From positions 222,583 to 286,582 of the forward strand of contig JAUHZB010000001.1 in the NCBI GenBank assembly GCA_030426125.1: a DNA stretch of 64,000 nucleotides, read 5' to 3'. The notes under the pieces were generated by a model. That model did not search any database. It was not told the DNA's origin and saw only the letters and a list, made by a program, of their open reading frames with translations. Both the position numbers and the translations under genes were made by a program. The DNA comes from a bacterium. GTDB taxonomy: Bacteria > Patescibacteriota > Saccharimonadia > Saccharimonadales > AWTP1-31. Positions 28,206 to 37,091 of this stretch are shown piece after piece (the stretch's first letter is position 1; each line of letters opens with the position of its first letter).

Positions 28206-30548
28206 ATGACTGATAAGAATTTGCTTTTTGATCAATACTATAGAGCTGCGAATTACCTGACTGCTGCTCAGATTTTCTTAAAAGATAATTTCTTGCTGGA
28301 GCGTCCGTTAAGTTTTGATGATATTAAACCTAGGCTACTGGGGCACTGGGGTTCCGGGCCTGGTGTTAACTTAGCCTATTTGCATCTTAATTATTTAGCT
28401 AAGAAAAAACAGCAAAAGATCTTGTTTGTGCTTGGGCCTGGACATGCCTTCCCAGCTCTTCAAGCTAACCTTTTCTTAGAAGGAACGCTTAGTAAATATT
28501 ATCCGGAACTTCCAAAGAACTATGATGGAATTGCTAGGATGTGTCAGAAATTTAGTTGGCCCTATGGTTTTCCAAGTCACAGTAGCCCATCGACTCCCGG
28601 TGTAATTTTAGAAGGCGGTGAGCTTGGTTATTCATTGGCCACAGCTCAAGGTGCAGCCTTGGATAATCCCGATCAAATAGTTGCCTGCCTTATTGGTGAC
28701 GGCGAAGCAGAGACCGGCCCGATATCGGGGGCTTGGCATATTAATAAGCTGGTTAATCCCAGGACTAATGGAGTTGTGCTACCGATACTGCATTTAAATG
28801 GCTACAAGATATCTGGACCAACAGTCTTCGGGCGGATGACAGACAATGAGTTGTTGCACCTGTTTGTTGGCTATGGCTATACACCGCGAATAGTTAGTGG
28901 CTCCGACACAGCTGACTTGCATGCTCAAATGGAGGAAGTTCTAGAGTGGGCTCATGGACTTATTCAATCTATAAAGAAGAGTGATTCAACAGATTTTGCT
29001 AGGTTGCCTATGATAATAATGCGCACTCCTAAGGGGCTAACCGGCGTAAAAGAGCTAGATGGACAAAAGATCGAAGGTAATAACTTGTCGCACCAGACGG
29101 TTTTAAAGCTAGCAAAGACTGATCAAGGCCAACTGGATAAATTACAAGAGTGGCTAGGTAGCTATAACATCCAAGAGTTGATAACGAAAGAAAGAGGTTT
29201 TTCTAGTTTCTTGAACGAACTTATTCCGGATCCTAGTCTAGCCATGGGTAACAACCAGATTGCTCATGGGGGAGAGCCGAGTTATAAGCCACTGATTTTA
29301 CCGCCAGTTGATCAGTTTGCTGAGGATGCCACTGTTCCGGGTACGATTGGTTCTAGTAGTATGCGTCGGGCCGGACTATATTTAAATGAAGTATTTAAGC
29401 TCAATCAAGAGGCTAATAACTTCCGACTATTCTCGCCTGATGAAACATATTCTAATAAGCTCGATAAAGTTTTCGAAACAACTAGCCGGTCTTGGCAATT
29501 GCCAATAGCCAAATGGGACAAAGATATAAGCAATGATGGCCGGGTGCTAGAAATACTAAGTGAACACAACCTCCAAGGTTTAATGCAGGGCTATGTACTT
29601 ACTGGCCGACATGGTGTATTTGCATCTTACGAAGCTTTTATTCAGGTTGTTTCCAGTATGATGGATCAATACGCTAAGTTCTTAGACCAAGCGGTCCATG
29701 TTGATTGGCGTCAATCGATCCCTTCGTTTAACTACATTTTAACCTCATCCGGTTGGCGTCAGGAACATAATGGTTTTTCACATCAGAATCCTGGATTCAT
29801 TGATGATGCTCTGCGTCGCCATGGCGATTTTGTAGATATCTATTTCCCGGCTGACGGAAATACTACCTTAGCGGCCCTAGAACATATATTGTCATCCACT
29901 CGACGTATTAACATATTAGTGGCTGGTAAGACTTTAGAGCCGAGGTGGTTAACCCCAGCTCTAGCCAAGAAGCATCTCGAAGCTGGTGTTTCTATTTGGG
30001 ATTTTGCTAGTGATGAACAGCCAGATCTAGTTTTCTGCGGAGTCGGTGACTATATGACTAAGGAATGTTTAGCAGCCATTAAAGAAATGAAGCAACTGTG
30101 GCCTAAAGTAAAGTTACGTTTTGTGAATATTTTAAGTCTGACCAGTTGTGGGTTTGGTAGAAGTGGGGCCTGTTTGACTAGTGATGGTTTCGTTCAATTA
30201 TTCACCAGCGACAAGCCAGTAATTATTAACTTCCATGGTTACCCAGAAACCATTAAGGCTATTTTGTATGACTATATCTCTGGTTCACCACGACGCTTCA
30301 GTGTTCATGGTTATATCGAAAATGGTTCAACAACCACACCTTTCGATATGCATGTTCGCAACCAGACTAGTCGTTACCACCTTGCTATAGAGGCTTTCCA
30401 AAAACTGGCCTCGAATAATACAATTCCCTTTGAAGATGCTCAACACAAAATAGCCACCCTTCAAGCTAAGTTAGATAAGAACACTGAGTATATCAAAGAA
30501 AACGGCATTGATATGTCAGAAATTGAGAACTTTAAATGGACAAATTAA
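28206..30548 (+). CDS. xfp: Xylulose-5-phosphate/fructose-6-phosphate phosphoketolase
   Basis: YYRAANYLTAAQIFLKDN, LLGHWGSGPGVN, EGGELGYS and GDGEAETGP (ThDP motif). About 780 aa from the ATG at 28206. The track start at 28098 runs through CIRCE. Confidence 0.95.
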   Translation: MTDKNLLFDQYYRAANYLTAAQIFLKDNFLLERPLSFDDIKPRLLGHWGSGPGVNLAYLHLNYLAKKKQQKILFVLGPGHAFPALQANLFLEGTLSKYYPELPKNYDGIARMCQKFSWPYGFPSHSSPSTPGVILEGGELGYSLATAQGAALDNPDQIVACLIGDGEAETGPISGAWHINKLVNPRTNGVVLPILHLNGYKISGPTVFGRMTDNELLHLFVGYGYTPRIVSGSDTADLHAQMEEVLEWAHGLIQSIKKSDSTDFARLPMIIMRTPKGLTGVKELDGQKIEGNNLSHQTVLKLAKTDQGQLDKLQEWLGSYNIQELITKERGFSSFLNELIPDPSLAMGNNQIAHGGEPSYKPLILPPVDQFAEDATVPGTIGSSSMRRAGLYLNEVFKLNQEANNFRLFSPDETYSNKLDKVFETTSRSWQLPIAKWDKDISNDGRVLEILSEHNLQGLMQGYVLTGRHGVFASYEAFIQVVSSMMDQYAKFLDQAVHVDWRQSIPSFNYILTSSGWRQEHNGFSHQNPGFIDDALRRHGDFVDIYFPADGNTTLAALEHILSSTRRINILVAGKTLEPRWLTPALAKKHLEAGVSIWDFASDEQPDLVFCGVGDYMTKECLAAIKEMKQLWPKVKLRFVNILSLTSCGFGRSGACLTSDGFVQLFTSDKPVIINFHGYPETIKAILYDYISGSPRRFSVHGYIENGSTTTPFDMHVRNQTSRYHLAIEAFQKLASNNTIPFEDAQHKIATLQAKLDKNTEYIKENGIDMSEIENFKWTN

Positions 30549-31711
30549 TACTAGTAGTAAATCCAGGTAGTTCTAGCCGTAAGTATGCTGTTTACAAAGG
30601 GCAAGAGTGTTTAGCTGATCTACACTTTGAGACTTCTCAAAACAAAATTATCTGCACGCTCCGTTTAGGAGAAAAAATTAACCAGGCCATAATACACGTA
30701 GATAGTTTAGATAAAGTTGGAGCTCAGGTTTTTGAAGTGTTAAGCTTCTATAACGCTCAGATAAAAGTAGAAGATATTGCTAAAATTGCTATTAGGGTAG
30801 TTGCTCCATCTAGCTACTTCCAGCAACACCGCCGACTAGACAAGCGGGCGTTATCTAAGTTAGAAGAACTTAAGTCCGATGCTGGGCTACATATTACCTC
30901 TACCCTTAAAGAATCTAAATTGTTTTCTAAACTACTGCCTGATGTCGATCAGTTTGCAATATCTGACAGCGCTTTTCACAGCACCATACCAGACTATATT
31001 AGTAGCTACGCAATTGAGCAGACCTATGCAGATAAGTTAGACATTAAGCGCTACGGTTATCATGGGATATCGGTCGGTTCAGTAGTCACTCAACTTAAGG
31101 TAGAAAACAAAATGGCTGAAAGATTGGTGGTTTGTCATATTGGCAGTGGGGTTAGCGTGACAGCTCTGCGTGGTGGCAAGAGTCTGGATACAACCATGGG
31201 TTATTCCCCACTAGAGGGCGTGGCCATGGCTACTAGGAGTGGTTCGATAGATCCAGTAGCAGTGCGGGCTCTAAGGAAAGACTTGGATATTAGCGAGAAT
31301 CAGGTGATAGAGCTTTTAAACAAAGAGAGTGGACTACTCGGGGTTAGCGGTATCTCGTCGGATCTAAGAGATATCTTAGCTGAGCGCCGCAAAGGTAATG
31401 ATTCAGCAACTCTGGCAGTAGCTTTGTATGTGCACCGGATCCAGCAGGCCATTGCTTCTATGATCGCCAGTTTAGGTGGAGTTGATGGACTGGTCTTTAC
31501 CGGCATAGTAGGGCAACGTTCAGCTGAAATCCGTTCATTAATACTAGCAAAAATGATGTATCTAGATTTTCATGTCGCGGCTGAAAAGAATCATAAAGCA
31601 AGTGAGACTAATAAAATATTAGATATTAGTTCTAGTGGCCCATTAAATATTTATGTAGTTGCTTCCAGAGAAGATCAAGAAATGGCTCGCTTGGCGGAGA
31701 TTATTCGCTAA
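30536..31711 (+). CDS. ackA: Acetate kinase
   Basis: ILVVNPGSSSRKY N-terminus, RYGYHGIS and CHIGSGVSV motifs. It overlaps xfp by 13 nt. Confidence 0.9.
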   Translation: MDKLILVVNPGSSSRKYAVYKGQECLADLHFETSQNKIICTLRLGEKINQAIIHVDSLDKVGAQVFEVLSFYNAQIKVEDIAKIAIRVVAPSSYFQQHRRLDKRALSKLEELKSDAGLHITSTLKESKLFSKLLPDVDQFAISDSAFHSTIPDYISSYAIEQTYADKLDIKRYGYHGISVGSVVTQLKVENKMAERLVVCHIGSGVSVTALRGGKSLDTTMGYSPLEGVAMATRSGSIDPVAVRALRKDLDISENQVIELLNKESGLLGVSGISSDLRDILAERRKGNDSATLAVALYVHRIQQAIASMIASLGGVDGLVFTGIVGQRSAEIRSLILAKMMYLDFHVAAEKNHKASETNKILDISSSGPLNIYVVASREDQEMARLAEIIR

Positions 31712-31776
31712 CGCCTGAGGTTATTTTTTGAGTTTATTATTGGAGCATATATTCATATATGACTAAGATATTCAGA

Positions 31777-32040
31777 TTATTTCCTATAAATTTCACGTCT
31801 GTGTTGAACATGCAATATGATAATTATATCTTCTTTAACATCAAAAAGGACGCGGTATGAGCCTACTCTAAATCTGTATTGTGCATCGGCAGGTTTTGTA
31901 AGTGCCGACGCAAAACTTATTGGATCGTCTTGGTTAATAAACCATTCTAGTTTTGTCTTAAGTCGTTTTTGTACTTGTTTTGGTAGTTTCTGGATATCTT
32001 TAACAGCTTGCTTCTTGTATGCCAGATTAAAATGGGGCAC
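31777..32040 (-). CDS. RelE/ParE-family type II toxin
   Basis: 87 aa with the pattern YRFRVGSYRVLFDVKEDIIIILHVQHRREIYR. Its start overlaps the antitoxin stop. Confidence 0.8.
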   Translation of the reverse strand: MPHFNLAYKKQAVKDIQKLPKQVQKRLKTKLEWFINQDDPISFASALTKPADAQYRFRVGSYRVLFDVKEDIIIILHVQHRREIYRK

Positions 32041-32282
32041 TATAGGTCCCCAAAGACATCTTCATGACTAAAATAGTCTTTGCTCTCACGTGCTTCCTTA
32101 ATGCGGGCTAAATAGGCAGGGTCGCTGGTTGCTAGAAGATCTTCGAGACGGTCTAGGTCAATAATAGCTCGCTCCTTTTTGCCTCTACGTGTAACAATTA
32201 GAATGTCTTCAGTGTTAACTGCGTCAAGCGCATCAGCGAGTCCCTTCCTTAGATCTGACGCAGATATTGTTTTTGAACTCAT
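32040..32282 (-). CDS. Phd/YefM-family antitoxin
   Basis: 80 aa, TISASDLRKGLADALDAVNTEDILIVTRRGK, encoded immediately upstream of the toxin. Confidence 0.75.
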   Translation of the reverse strand: MSSKTISASDLRKGLADALDAVNTEDILIVTRRGKKERAIIDLDRLEDLLATSDPAYLARIKEARESKDYFSHEDVFGDL

Positions 32283-32294
32283 TTGTAGTTACCC

Positions 32295-32348
32295 TTTATA
32301 TTATAGTTGTACAAATGTATTGTACTATTAATACGTACGTTTTGTCAA
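32295..32348 (-). promoter_or_regulatory. Toxin-antitoxin promoter with candidate operator repeats
   Basis: On the minus strand: TTGACA-18 nt-TACAAT, then a second TATAAT. GTAC-containing repeats include the palindrome TTGTACAA (32307..32314) and TTGTAC (32320..32325). Confidence 0.4.
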
Positions 32349-32504
32349 CGATTTTCTGAGGTTTAAACATTATGATTTGGGGAAGAATAGAGATGAGTGA
32401 AATGGTTTATTATGGTGGCTACTCACTTTCATCGTTTATAATATCTAACTAGTTCAGTTGTTATATGATCGTGGCGTAAGCATAAAAGTGATATCCTAGA
32501 TACA

Positions 32505-33476
32505 ATGAAAGCTATATTTAGAAGAGCTAAGCCAATACTAAAACATAAAAAGGCTAGACCTATTTTAATTATTGCAGTCATAGCCATTCTTGGTGGTCTA
32601 GTAGTTACCTTAACCCAAGCTTCTGGAGTGTTCATTAGTTTAGAGCCAGAGCAAGGAAGTGCTAGTGATACCTCGATGGTTATTGACAATAACTCAGCAT
32701 CTGGCGGAAGGTATGTCCAGTTTAAGCAGGAGGGGTGTTCAGCACAATCAAATTGCACATCGGAGGGTGGTCCTCCGCCGATAAATACAGTAGGAACATC
32801 GGGTAATTTAATTAGTCGATCATGTAGTAATTTAGCGCCCGGAACATACCAGAATATTAATTGTACAGACTCGGTTATTTTGCAAAGCTCGGGTGATTAT
32901 ACTTTCATTAACGTAAAGATGCCTAGTATTAAGAGTCAGGGTGGGGGACCGCTTTTCCCTAGAAGTGGAAAAGTAATACTCGATCATGTAGAATCTGGCG
33001 GTTTATGGTTTGAAAATAATGGTAGTACAGGCGGACAAACCAACTGGACGATCAAGTGGTCTAAGCTATACGGAGGTGTTTGGCAAGCATTACGACCTAA
33101 AGGAGCTGGAAAAATTTATGTTTCAGATTCTTGGTTATTGTCTGATGGTACTCCTCCAGATGGTGCTCACACTGAAGTTCTTCAACAAATGTATGGTTCT
33201 GATGGTCACTACGAACGTGTAGCTTTTTCTCGGCAACCAGTTACCAACAATACCGTAACCGCTGTGCTTACTATGGAAAATGCAAACGATGGTGGCGACA
33301 CTAAATTCATAGATTGCGTTGTTGGTTATTGGAACGGATCTAGATGGGTTCGGGGAGGCGGCAATTATGCGGTATATCCAGGCAAGTCACAATGGATACG
33401 CCCAACCATTTATGCTTCTGAAGCATCGGCGTGGTATCAGCAGCCATCAGTATTGACTGAGCCAACATATAAATAG
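32505..33476 (+). CDS. Secreted protein (323 aa) with the shared N-terminal EPExG...ASGGxYVxF module
   Basis: Signal anchor ARPILIIAVIAILGGLVVTLTQA, then ISLEPEQGSASDTSMVIDNNSASGGRYVQF. Confidence 0.7.
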   Translation: MKAIFRRAKPILKHKKARPILIIAVIAILGGLVVTLTQASGVFISLEPEQGSASDTSMVIDNNSASGGRYVQFKQEGCSAQSNCTSEGGPPPINTVGTSGNLISRSCSNLAPGTYQNINCTDSVILQSSGDYTFINVKMPSIKSQGGGPLFPRSGKVILDHVESGGLWFENNGSTGGQTNWTIKWSKLYGGVWQALRPKGAGKIYVSDSWLLSDGTPPDGAHTEVLQQMYGSDGHYERVAFSRQPVTNNTVTAVLTMENANDGGDTKFIDCVVGYWNGSRWVRGGGNYAVYPGKSQWIRPTIYASEASAWYQQPSVLTEPTYK

Positions 33477-33636
33477 AAGAATGATCATAATATAGTAGGC
33501 AAGATAAACTTATGATACCAATTTGGAGTATTTGATTTCAGCTAATATAAATTCAAGGCACATGTTACAAAGTCTAAGCTTATAATCCTGGGATCAGATT
33601 TACCTTAATGTATAATTACAATTATGATTGTGGTTA

Positions 33637-34875
33637 ATGACAAAGATGAATAAGAAAATCAAACTGACAACTGGCTTTAAAAGATACAATAAAGTTATAG
33701 TTATTGTAATCATTACCTTATTTGGTGTCTATTTTTTATCTTTAACTCAGGCCGCTAGTTCATTTATTAGCCTAGAGCCTGAAAATGGGGTCACTAGCAC
33801 AGCAGAGGAGCTGTCAGACAGTAGCGCTTCTGGAGGGAAGTATGTCAGGTTTGGTGCTGAGAGTGAACCAAACACTTCTGGGCGTGGGCCTACTGGTCAG
33901 TGGCCGGCTGGTTTCCCGGATTACGATACGCCTGCAGATATAACTACTAGTGGAAGTTTAGCTAGTTTGCAAAATGCTCTAAACTCTTTAGGGTCGAGTG
34001 GTGGTGTTATAGAACATCCTGGCGATATTCCGGAAGCCAAACTAGACAGACCTAGTGGACCAGAAATTGTAGTTAGGCCACCACTAGGCAAACGCGCTGA
34101 ATACACCAGCGCCGGTTACCCTATAGCTTCCAATGTATTATTGGCTGGTTGGCAGGCAACAAACCTTACTATTATTGGAGAGCCTGGTGATACTGTCCGG
34201 AATTCTGGCTGGGCTTGGTGCGAGGGTACAAAATACGCTGGCTTAAATGTTTACGGAAACGGATCAGATGTCGAAGCCTTGTACTATGAAATTGTTTATC
34301 GGGAATTCGCAGACGGTGCTTTTAGCGATAGGGCTGGAACCCGTTCAACGAATAATGGTAGAGCAGTAATGACGGTAGTGGGTTCAGTTATTACAGGTTC
34401 TCTTACGCCCAAAACAAAGCCCGATGATCCTAATTGGGACATGCATGCCGATACATTGCAGACCTACTTTAACAGCGGCGGTTTTGGCAAGATAAGTATT
34501 CGAGATTCCGTTATCTGGCCTTCCTATGACAAAATGTACCAGGGATTAAATTCTTCACCGCTAGAACTCGACAATGTTTATACCATTGCACCAAGTTATG
34601 CACCACAAGTCTACAATGGCTCTGATGATATATCAGCGTTTAACAACAACGACGTATATGGTTTGGTGACGACTGGCGCGTCTATTGTTCGAAATTCAAC
34701 TTTTATTGGTGCAAACAATGCAAGTGCGCAACTCCAAATTGGTAATTCAGAATATTATGATTTATTTTCCTATCATAACTACAAAGATCTTGGTGGTAAC
34801 ACTAAGCTTAACTCTATACCCCCACCACCGCCAACACCATCTAGCACTCAGCTAGATACAATTTGGTCTCCATAA
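33637..34875 (+). CDS. Secreted protein (~412 aa) with the shared N-terminal EPExG...ASGGxYVxF module
   Basis: Signal anchor VIVIVIITLFGVYFLSLTQA, then ISLEPENGVTSTAEELSDSSASGGKYVRF. The start is uncertain (TTG 33628, ATG 33637 or ATG 33646). Confidence 0.7.
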   Translation: MTKMNKKIKLTTGFKRYNKVIVIVIITLFGVYFLSLTQAASSFISLEPENGVTSTAEELSDSSASGGKYVRFGAESEPNTSGRGPTGQWPAGFPDYDTPADITTSGSLASLQNALNSLGSSGGVIEHPGDIPEAKLDRPSGPEIVVRPPLGKRAEYTSAGYPIASNVLLAGWQATNLTIIGEPGDTVRNSGWAWCEGTKYAGLNVYGNGSDVEALYYEIVYREFADGAFSDRAGTRSTNNGRAVMTVVGSVITGSLTPKTKPDDPNWDMHADTLQTYFNSGGFGKISIRDSVIWPSYDKMYQGLNSSPLELDNVYTIAPSYAPQVYNGSDDISAFNNNDVYGLVTTGASIVRNSTFIGANNASAQLQIGNSEYYDLFSYHNYKDLGGNTKLNSIPPPPPTPSSTQLDTIWSP

Positions 34876-34944
34876 TCGTGTCATATATATTTTATTAACA
34901 AAGCTAAAGGTAGATAATCAAAGAATATAACTTTCATTGTCTTG

Positions 34945-35265
34945 CTATAGATTTTCTAAAGGTACGCCGGTCTTTTCTGACACCTTACGTGCCCAAGAAA
35001 GAAGTTTTTCAAATTGTTGGTCACGAGCTGCTTGTTCGGTTTCGTATTTATCAATCCTGCTAATAAAGCCGTCAATAGTATTGAGGAGTCTATCATATTT
35101 TTGGTCAAGAGAATCTAAACGATCGTTAATTGCACTGAATTGATTATCAACATTATTAAACTGATCCGATACTTGTCCCATGAAGTCTTTTACGATCCCG
35201 ATAATTTCGTCAGTGTGAGTTCGTAATTTGTTATCTAGCTGTTCTTCAGTGACGTAATTACTCAT
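34945..35265 (-). CDS. Small coiled-coil protein (106 aa)
   Basis: Heptad-rich sequence (DNQFSAINDRLDSLDQKYDRLLNTIDGFISRIDKYE). The ATG at 35265 lies 6 nt downstream of the extended -10 TGGTATAAT, a leaderless arrangement. Confidence 0.6.
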   Translation of the reverse strand: MSNYVTEEQLDNKLRTHTDEIIGIVKDFMGQVSDQFNNVDNQFSAINDRLDSLDQKYDRLLNTIDGFISRIDKYETEQAARDQQFEKLLSWARKVSEKTGVPLENL

Positions 35266-35407
35266 ATTACTATTATACCACCCATATTTTATTCTTTGTT
35301 GAAGTTCGAGTTCCTCCATAGCTATATTAACAAAAAACATTACCTTAATTAGCTAGAAGCACATGCTAGGTATGCTTTATTAAGCACAACCAGTATAATA
35401 ATTTATT

Positions 35408-37090
35408 ATGGCCGCCAACGCCCAATCTTCTACTAGTTCAAAAAAATTGCAGAAAATGACTCCGCAATTAGCATCTCCAACTATTCTGGGGATCATGCTA
35501 TTAATTTTAGGAAACTATTACAGTGGGCTAACTTATACGAATGATCCAAGGTTGGTATTCGGTCTGGTGGGGGTATTAGCTGTTCTTGGAGCTAGTCATT
35601 TTATTGCCAAACTAAAGTTTGGTTCGGCTCATGCTCCGTATTTAATAATCTACCATTTACTGCTTAGCTTTCTATTGATCGCGGTTGTGCCGACACTTTC
35701 TTTTTATTTGTATATTTGGGTTTTACTGCTTTATTTAACCGACTATTACTACGGTCTTAAAGGGGCTATAGTCAGTAGTAGTGCTCTACTATTAGTTATG
35801 CTTGGTGGTACGTATTACCAGCAAGGGGGCTTAAGTAGTAAGAACTTAGTTAATATATCGGCTCAGTTTATCATTATCCTATTCGTTATTAAGTTAATGT
35901 CGTCGCTTAGTACCGCCAATCGTCATAAGCGTAGCGAGACTATAACCAAGGTGGCTCGAGCCGAAGGTGAGCACGATAGGTTAGTAGCCCTGATCAACTC
36001 GATGAGTGACGCAGTTATCGCCACCGATGATCAAGGCGTGATCGTTACCTATAACGCAGCTGCCCTGGATATTTTAGATACCAATGAAACCTTGACCGGT
36101 AAAAAAATAGTAGATTACTTGAAAGTTGTCTCAGCAGAAGACAAGAAGCAAAATATCTTCGATATTGCCAAAAAAACTGATTCTATCCAGAGAAGGTCTG
36201 ATCTTCGAATAGCCTACGGCAAAGACGATAGTCTAGCGCTAGACATTACTATCAGCCGGGTAGCTAAGTCGACCGTGCTGGACAGACGCGAAGGTTACAC
36301 TTTTCTGCTAAGAGATATTACCTTGCAAAAGACTTTAGATGATGAAAAAGACTTGTTTATTCATGAGGTTAGTCATGAACTTCGAAACCCAATTACCGTT
36401 GCCGAAGGCGAAATGTCTATGGCAATAATGCTGGCAGAAAAACCTCAGCTAGATTTCGAGCAGATCAAACAAACCGTCGACCGGGGCCACAAGCAAGTAG
36501 TTTTCTTAGGCGAGATGATAAATGATCTATCGGCCTTGTCTAGAGCAACCCACGATAAACAGACAATGAAGGTTGAGCAGTTCTCTATTAAAGAAGTACT
36601 AGAAGGCCTGGAAGCTGACTATAAGGCCCAAGCTAAAAAGAAAGGTTTATACCTTAAACTTGAGCTAGCCCCTTCAGTTCCAGAAGTTACATCCTCGAAA
36701 CTATACCTAAAAGAAATTTTAGAAAACTTTATAACCAATGCTATTAAATACACCAAAAAGGGCGGTGTAACCATCAAAGGTCAGGCTATAGATAAAGATC
36801 ATATCATGCTAGGCGTTAGTGACACTGGTATTGGTATTGCTAAAGCTGAACTGGATAAGGTTTACCGAAAGTTCTGGCGCTCCGAGGACCCATCAACTCG
36901 AGAAGTTAGTGGCACCGGACTGGGGCTATACGTCACAAAACACTTAGCCGACAACATTGGTGCTGAAATTAAGGTAGAGTCTGAATTAAAGCAGGGGTCT
37001 ACTTTCTCTATCATTATGTCTACAAAGGGCAAAGATCAGCCCATTTCTCGCTCACCGATACGAAAGTTCTTTAAGTTTGGTGGTAAGTAA
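35408..37090 (+). CDS. Membrane sensor histidine kinase (multi-TM N-terminus, PAS-like, HisKA, HATPase_c)
   Basis: H-box FIHEVSHELRNPITV, N box NFITNAIKYT, G1 VSDTGIGI, F YRKFWR, G2 GTGLGLYV. Five or six N-terminal TM helices. Confidence 0.9.
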   Translation: MAANAQSSTSSKKLQKMTPQLASPTILGIMLLILGNYYSGLTYTNDPRLVFGLVGVLAVLGASHFIAKLKFGSAHAPYLIIYHLLLSFLLIAVVPTLSFYLYIWVLLLYLTDYYYGLKGAIVSSSALLLVMLGGTYYQQGGLSSKNLVNISAQFIIILFVIKLMSSLSTANRHKRSETITKVARAEGEHDRLVALINSMSDAVIATDDQGVIVTYNAAALDILDTNETLTGKKIVDYLKVVSAEDKKQNIFDIAKKTDSIQRRSDLRIAYGKDDSLALDITISRVAKSTVLDRREGYTFLLRDITLQKTLDDEKDLFIHEVSHELRNPITVAEGEMSMAIMLAEKPQLDFEQIKQTVDRGHKQVVFLGEMINDLSALSRATHDKQTMKVEQFSIKEVLEGLEADYKAQAKKKGLYLKLELAPSVPEVTSSKLYLKEILENFITNAIKYTKKGGVTIKGQAIDKDHIMLGVSDTGIGIAKAELDKVYRKFWRSEDPSTREVSGTGLGLYVTKHLADNIGAEIKVESELKQGSTFSIIMSTKGKDQPISRSPIRKFFKFGGK

Positions 37091-37091
37091 A

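Noticed and set aside
32429-32758. 109-aa minus-strand ORF across the 5' end of 32505..33476
   Set aside because: It is antisense to a gene whose N-terminus matches the module conserved in three paralogs, and it has no independent support.
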